Source: Candidatus Latescibacterota bacterium (GTDB taxonomy: Bacteria; Latescibacterota; UBA2968). Taken from it: DNA of 64,000 nucleotides. Positions 60,858-64,000 of this stretch are shown here, one piece after another. Every line of letters begins with the position of its first letter. Within the stretch, counting starts at the first letter, position 1. Made by a program: the position numbers and the translations under genes. Location of the stretch: assembly GCA_965204745.1 (NCBI GenBank), contig OZ242010.1, positions 256,001-320,000 of the forward strand. Reading direction: 5' to 3'. The notes below the pieces were generated by a model. The model saw only the letters and a program-made list of their open reading frames with translations. It ran no database searches and was not told the DNA's origin.

Positions 60858-63800
60858 ATGGCAGTGTTTTCACCGGGTCAAATCGTCGTCTTGAAGTCCG
60901 ATCCCGCCATGAAGGGTGCGGTTGTTGAGGTCTTGCCGGGGCATCCCGAGAGCCGATGCAAGGTTTTTGTGGCGGGGAATGTTCAGACGTATTACGCCTC
61001 TCAGTTGCAGGCCGAAGACCGCGCCGATGACTTTCGGGTTCTTTCTCGCGACCGCTTTCACGCCCACCTAACCGCCCTCCAAATTCGGCAACCCAGCCTA
61101 TCCACGCTGTACTCGCTCAACGCGGCCCGAGTCGATTTCATCCCCTACCAATTCCGTCCAGTGTTGCGCTTTATCCGGTCAGATCGTCCGAGGTTGCTGA
61201 TCGCCGATGGCGTCGGCGTCGGCAAGACCATCGAGGCGGGCTTGATCCTCCGGGAGTTGCAGGCCAGGCGAGATGTTGCGTCCGTTCTCATTATTTGTCC
61301 TCGCCCATTGGTGACCGAGCGCAAGTGGCAGACCGAGATGAAACGGTTTGACGAGCGTTTCACCCATTTAGAGGGTAAAACGCTGCGATACTGCGTCAAT
61401 GAGATGGATTTGGAAGGCGGTTGGCCCGAGCAACATCAAAAGGCGATTCTCCCGTACTCGTTGTTCGACGAGGTGCTCCTCTACGGATCAAAAAGCAAAG
61501 GCAGGGCAAAAAACAGAAAAGGGTTGCTGGACTTGGACCCGCCGCCGCGCTTTGATCTCGTGATCGTGGATGAAGCCCATCACATCCGCAACCAGAGCAC
61601 CTACGCCCACCAAGGCGTGCGGTTTTTCTGCGACCACGCAGAGGCGGCGGTTTTCCTGACCGCTACCCCCATCCAGTTGGGCGACCACGACCTGTTCGTC
61701 TTGCTGAATGCACTGCGCCCGGATCTCATCCGGGATCAAGAGGGTTTTAAGCACATGGCAGAGCCAAACCCGTTCATCAACCGGGCCGCGGATATCGCTC
61801 GCGCCCAAGAGGCGGATTGGACAACGCGGGCCGCACAGGCCCTCGACGAGGCCGCCGCAACGCCTTGGGGACGAGCGATTTTCAAGCACAATCCCGAATT
61901 TAACCGGCTCAGACATCGACTTGCTAGGGCCAGCATCGCCGTCGACGAAAGAGTCCAACTCATCACGGACATCGAGGCGCTGCACACATTCTCGGGCATC
62001 CTCAACAGGACGCGGCGGCGCGATATCGGGGCTTTCACCATCCGAAATCCGGAGACCGTAACCGTTGCGTTCACCCCCAGTCAGCAACGGCTTCACGACG
62101 CGTTGCTCCGCGTCCAAGCGGACATATTTAGCCGACTTCACGGGGATGGCAACGTCGAGTTCATGATGACCACGATCAGACGCCAAGCCGCGAGTTGTCT
62201 GTACGGGCTGGCCCCCTTTCTCGAGGACATTCTCCACCGGCATATCGACGCGTTGGAATGGGAGGAAGCCGACAATACGGGGCCGGAACATTTAGGCGAT
62301 GCCGTCGATCCCATCCGGGCGCAAATCCAAGCCATCCTCGACCAAGCCCGATCCCTCGATCCGCACGACCCAAAACTCGACGCGCTCCGCAAAGTCATTC
62401 GGGACAAGCAAAGCCTGCCCAACAACAAGGTGATGCTGTTCAGCGGTTTTCGCCACACCCTTCGCTATCTTTACAACCATCTCGCAAAGGACGGTGTGCG
62501 CGTCGGGATGATCCACGGCGGGACGCCGGACGAGGAGCGCGTTGCACTGCGGAGCCGTTTCGAGAAACCGCGTGAAGACGGCGACGGTCTCGATGTGATG
62601 CTGTTCTCGGAAATCGGTTGCGAGGGATTGGACTACCAATTCTGCGATTGTATGGTGAACTACGACCTGCCGTGGAATCCGATGCGCGTTGAGCAACGGA
62701 TAGGGCGCATTGACCGAAAGGGCCAGCAAAGCGAGCGCGTCGCCATAGTCAACCTGATCGTGCCGGGAACGGTCGATGCGGATATTTACACGCGCTGCCT
62801 CGTCCGCATCGGCGTATTCGAGCGCGCACTCGGCGGAAGCGAGGAGATCCTCGGAGAGATCACCAGGGGAATCAAAAATATTGCGGAAAACTACGCGCTG
62901 AACGCAACGGAGCGGCGGGCCAAGTTCCAGCAGTTGGCGGATAACAAAATCCGGTTGATACAGGAACAGGAGAAATTGGAACAGCAACACAAGGAGCTTT
63001 TCGGCATTCGTCTGCCCGAGGATCAAATGCAGCAAGAGATCGCGGATGCGTCGAGTTTTTGGCTGTCGCCAGCGTCCCTCCGCAGGCTCGTCGCGCTCTA
63101 TTTGCAAAACACCTGCGGACGGGATCAGGAGTTCATCCTCGGCGAAAAACCCCTGAAAACACTCCGTCTTTCGCAGGATGCCCGCAATAGCCTGTTGCGC
63201 GACTTTCGGCAACTCCGGCGACAAAGCACCTATCGGGACTGGGAAAACTATCTCAAGGGCGGCAATCCCCACCTGTCCATCACTTTCGAGTCGGCCTGCG
63301 CCTCACAGCATTCCGACGCCGCGTTCATCATGCCGCTCCATCCCTTGGTGAAGCAGGCCGCAAGCTCGCTCGACACAAAGGAGCGCGTCCTCGTCAGCCT
63401 GAAGGCAAAAGCCGATGAGTTGCCCGCGGGCCCTTGTGAATTTGCCATTTACCAATGGCGGTTCTATGGCATCAAGGAGGATCTGGTGCTCAAGCCCATT
63501 GCCGCGTCAGATGCGGTAACGCCACACCTCAGCCGCCTGCTCAAGCGAGCAGTCGATGCAGACGCCCGGGAAGAAAGCAACGCCGCCGCGTGGGATGAAT
63601 TAGAAGACCGCCACTACGAGTTGTGGGCTGAAGCACGCAAAAACCACCGGCGAGAAACCCAAGAGTTGGCAGCGTACCGCAAAGAGAGTCTGTTGACGAG
63701 CCATCGCGCACGGATAGCACTGCTCGAGGAACAACTCGAACAGGCGGACAACGCGAATATTCAAAGAATGCGGCAGTCGCAGATCAACCGCGCACAAGCC

Positions 63801-63902
63801 GACTACGCCAGACGCCTCCAAGAACTTGACAGCGCCATGGAGAAAGCGGATATTCTCGCCGAACCAGTGGCGTATGGCACCTTAACCATAGAGGGGGGAT
63901 AA
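60858..63902 (+). CDS. SNF2-family SF2 helicase, probably defence-associated
   Basis: PYQF, ADGVGVGKT, DEAHH, LTATP, EGLD..NYDLPWNPMRVEQRIGRIDR. Confidence 0.92.
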   Translation: MAVFSPGQIVVLKSDPAMKGAVVEVLPGHPESRCKVFVAGNVQTYYASQLQAEDRADDFRVLSRDRFHAHLTALQIRQPSLSTLYSLNAARVDFIPYQFRPVLRFIRSDRPRLLIADGVGVGKTIEAGLILRELQARRDVASVLIICPRPLVTERKWQTEMKRFDERFTHLEGKTLRYCVNEMDLEGGWPEQHQKAILPYSLFDEVLLYGSKSKGRAKNRKGLLDLDPPPRFDLVIVDEAHHIRNQSTYAHQGVRFFCDHAEAAVFLTATPIQLGDHDLFVLLNALRPDLIRDQEGFKHMAEPNPFINRAADIARAQEADWTTRAAQALDEAAATPWGRAIFKHNPEFNRLRHRLARASIAVDERVQLITDIEALHTFSGILNRTRRRDIGAFTIRNPETVTVAFTPSQQRLHDALLRVQADIFSRLHGDGNVEFMMTTIRRQAASCLYGLAPFLEDILHRHIDALEWEEADNTGPEHLGDAVDPIRAQIQAILDQARSLDPHDPKLDALRKVIRDKQSLPNNKVMLFSGFRHTLRYLYNHLAKDGVRVGMIHGGTPDEERVALRSRFEKPREDGDGLDVMLFSEIGCEGLDYQFCDCMVNYDLPWNPMRVEQRIGRIDRKGQQSERVAIVNLIVPGTVDADIYTRCLVRIGVFERALGGSEEILGEITRGIKNIAENYALNATERRAKFQQLADNKIRLIQEQEKLEQQHKELFGIRLPEDQMQQEIADASSFWLSPASLRRLVALYLQNTCGRDQEFILGEKPLKTLRLSQDARNSLLRDFRQLRRQSTYRDWENYLKGGNPHLSITFESACASQHSDAAFIMPLHPLVKQAASSLDTKERVLVSLKAKADELPAGPCEFAIYQWRFYGIKEDLVLKPIAASDAVTPHLSRLLKRAVDADAREESNAAAWDELEDRHYELWAEARKNHRRETQELAAYRKESLLTSHRARIALLEEQLEQADNANIQRMRQSQINRAQADYARRLQELDSAMEKADILAEPVAYGTLTIEGG

Positions 63903-63903
63903 G

Positions 63904-64000
63904 ATGAACTTGAAGGAATTGCGACAGAAGCGGTTGAAATATGTAGAGATAATCCGAGAAAATGGCTTTGAAGACGGGATCAAGCGTTCGCTGACGGATC
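63904..64000 (+). CDS. 5' end of a protein, possibly sacsin-like GHKL ATPase; partial
   Basis: MNLKELRQKRLKYVEIIRENGFEDGIKRSLTD; GAGGGGG RBS; resembles segments that precede the ELLQNAED motif. Confidence 0.45.
   Translation, partial: MNLKELRQKRLKYVEIIRENGFEDGIKRSLTD

Overview
GC-rich bacterial chromosome window. The ankyrin, WD40 and Calx-beta/GLUG surface proteins and the dense repeats resemble sponge-symbiont Latescibacterota/Gemmatimonadota-type genomes (inference only). Left end (1-7.8 kb) is a defence island: a Menshen-like DUF262/AAA-DUF3696/RelE-fused trio, a broken PemK toxin-antitoxin pair, and a SIR2 gene coupled to an effector-less STAND NTPase. The middle is housekeeping (amtB, rluD, lspA, dksA-like, mtnP, divIVA, yggT, yggS, mrp, rfbB, bioF, trmJ). 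It also holds a probable selenoprotein MoeB (in-frame UGA plus SECIS-like hairpin), an ankyrin protein with a VapB-like tail upstream of vapC, an Lnt-TatC fusion, and two IS110 (IS621-like) elements. All four bridge-RNA guides of each IS110 can be read from the sequence, and the target guides co-vary with the two different insertion sites, which lie in a heptamer-repeat family found across the window. The right part has a tandem McrB array with different N-terminal domains and one intact McrC, three paralogous lipoprotein solute-binding proteins, a frameshifted zincin-WD40 gene, and a SNF2 helicase followed by a gene start that runs off the window. Intergenic DNA is built from nested repeat modules. 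No rRNA, tRNA or CRISPR array was recognised. All family assignments come from reading motifs by eye, not from database searches.
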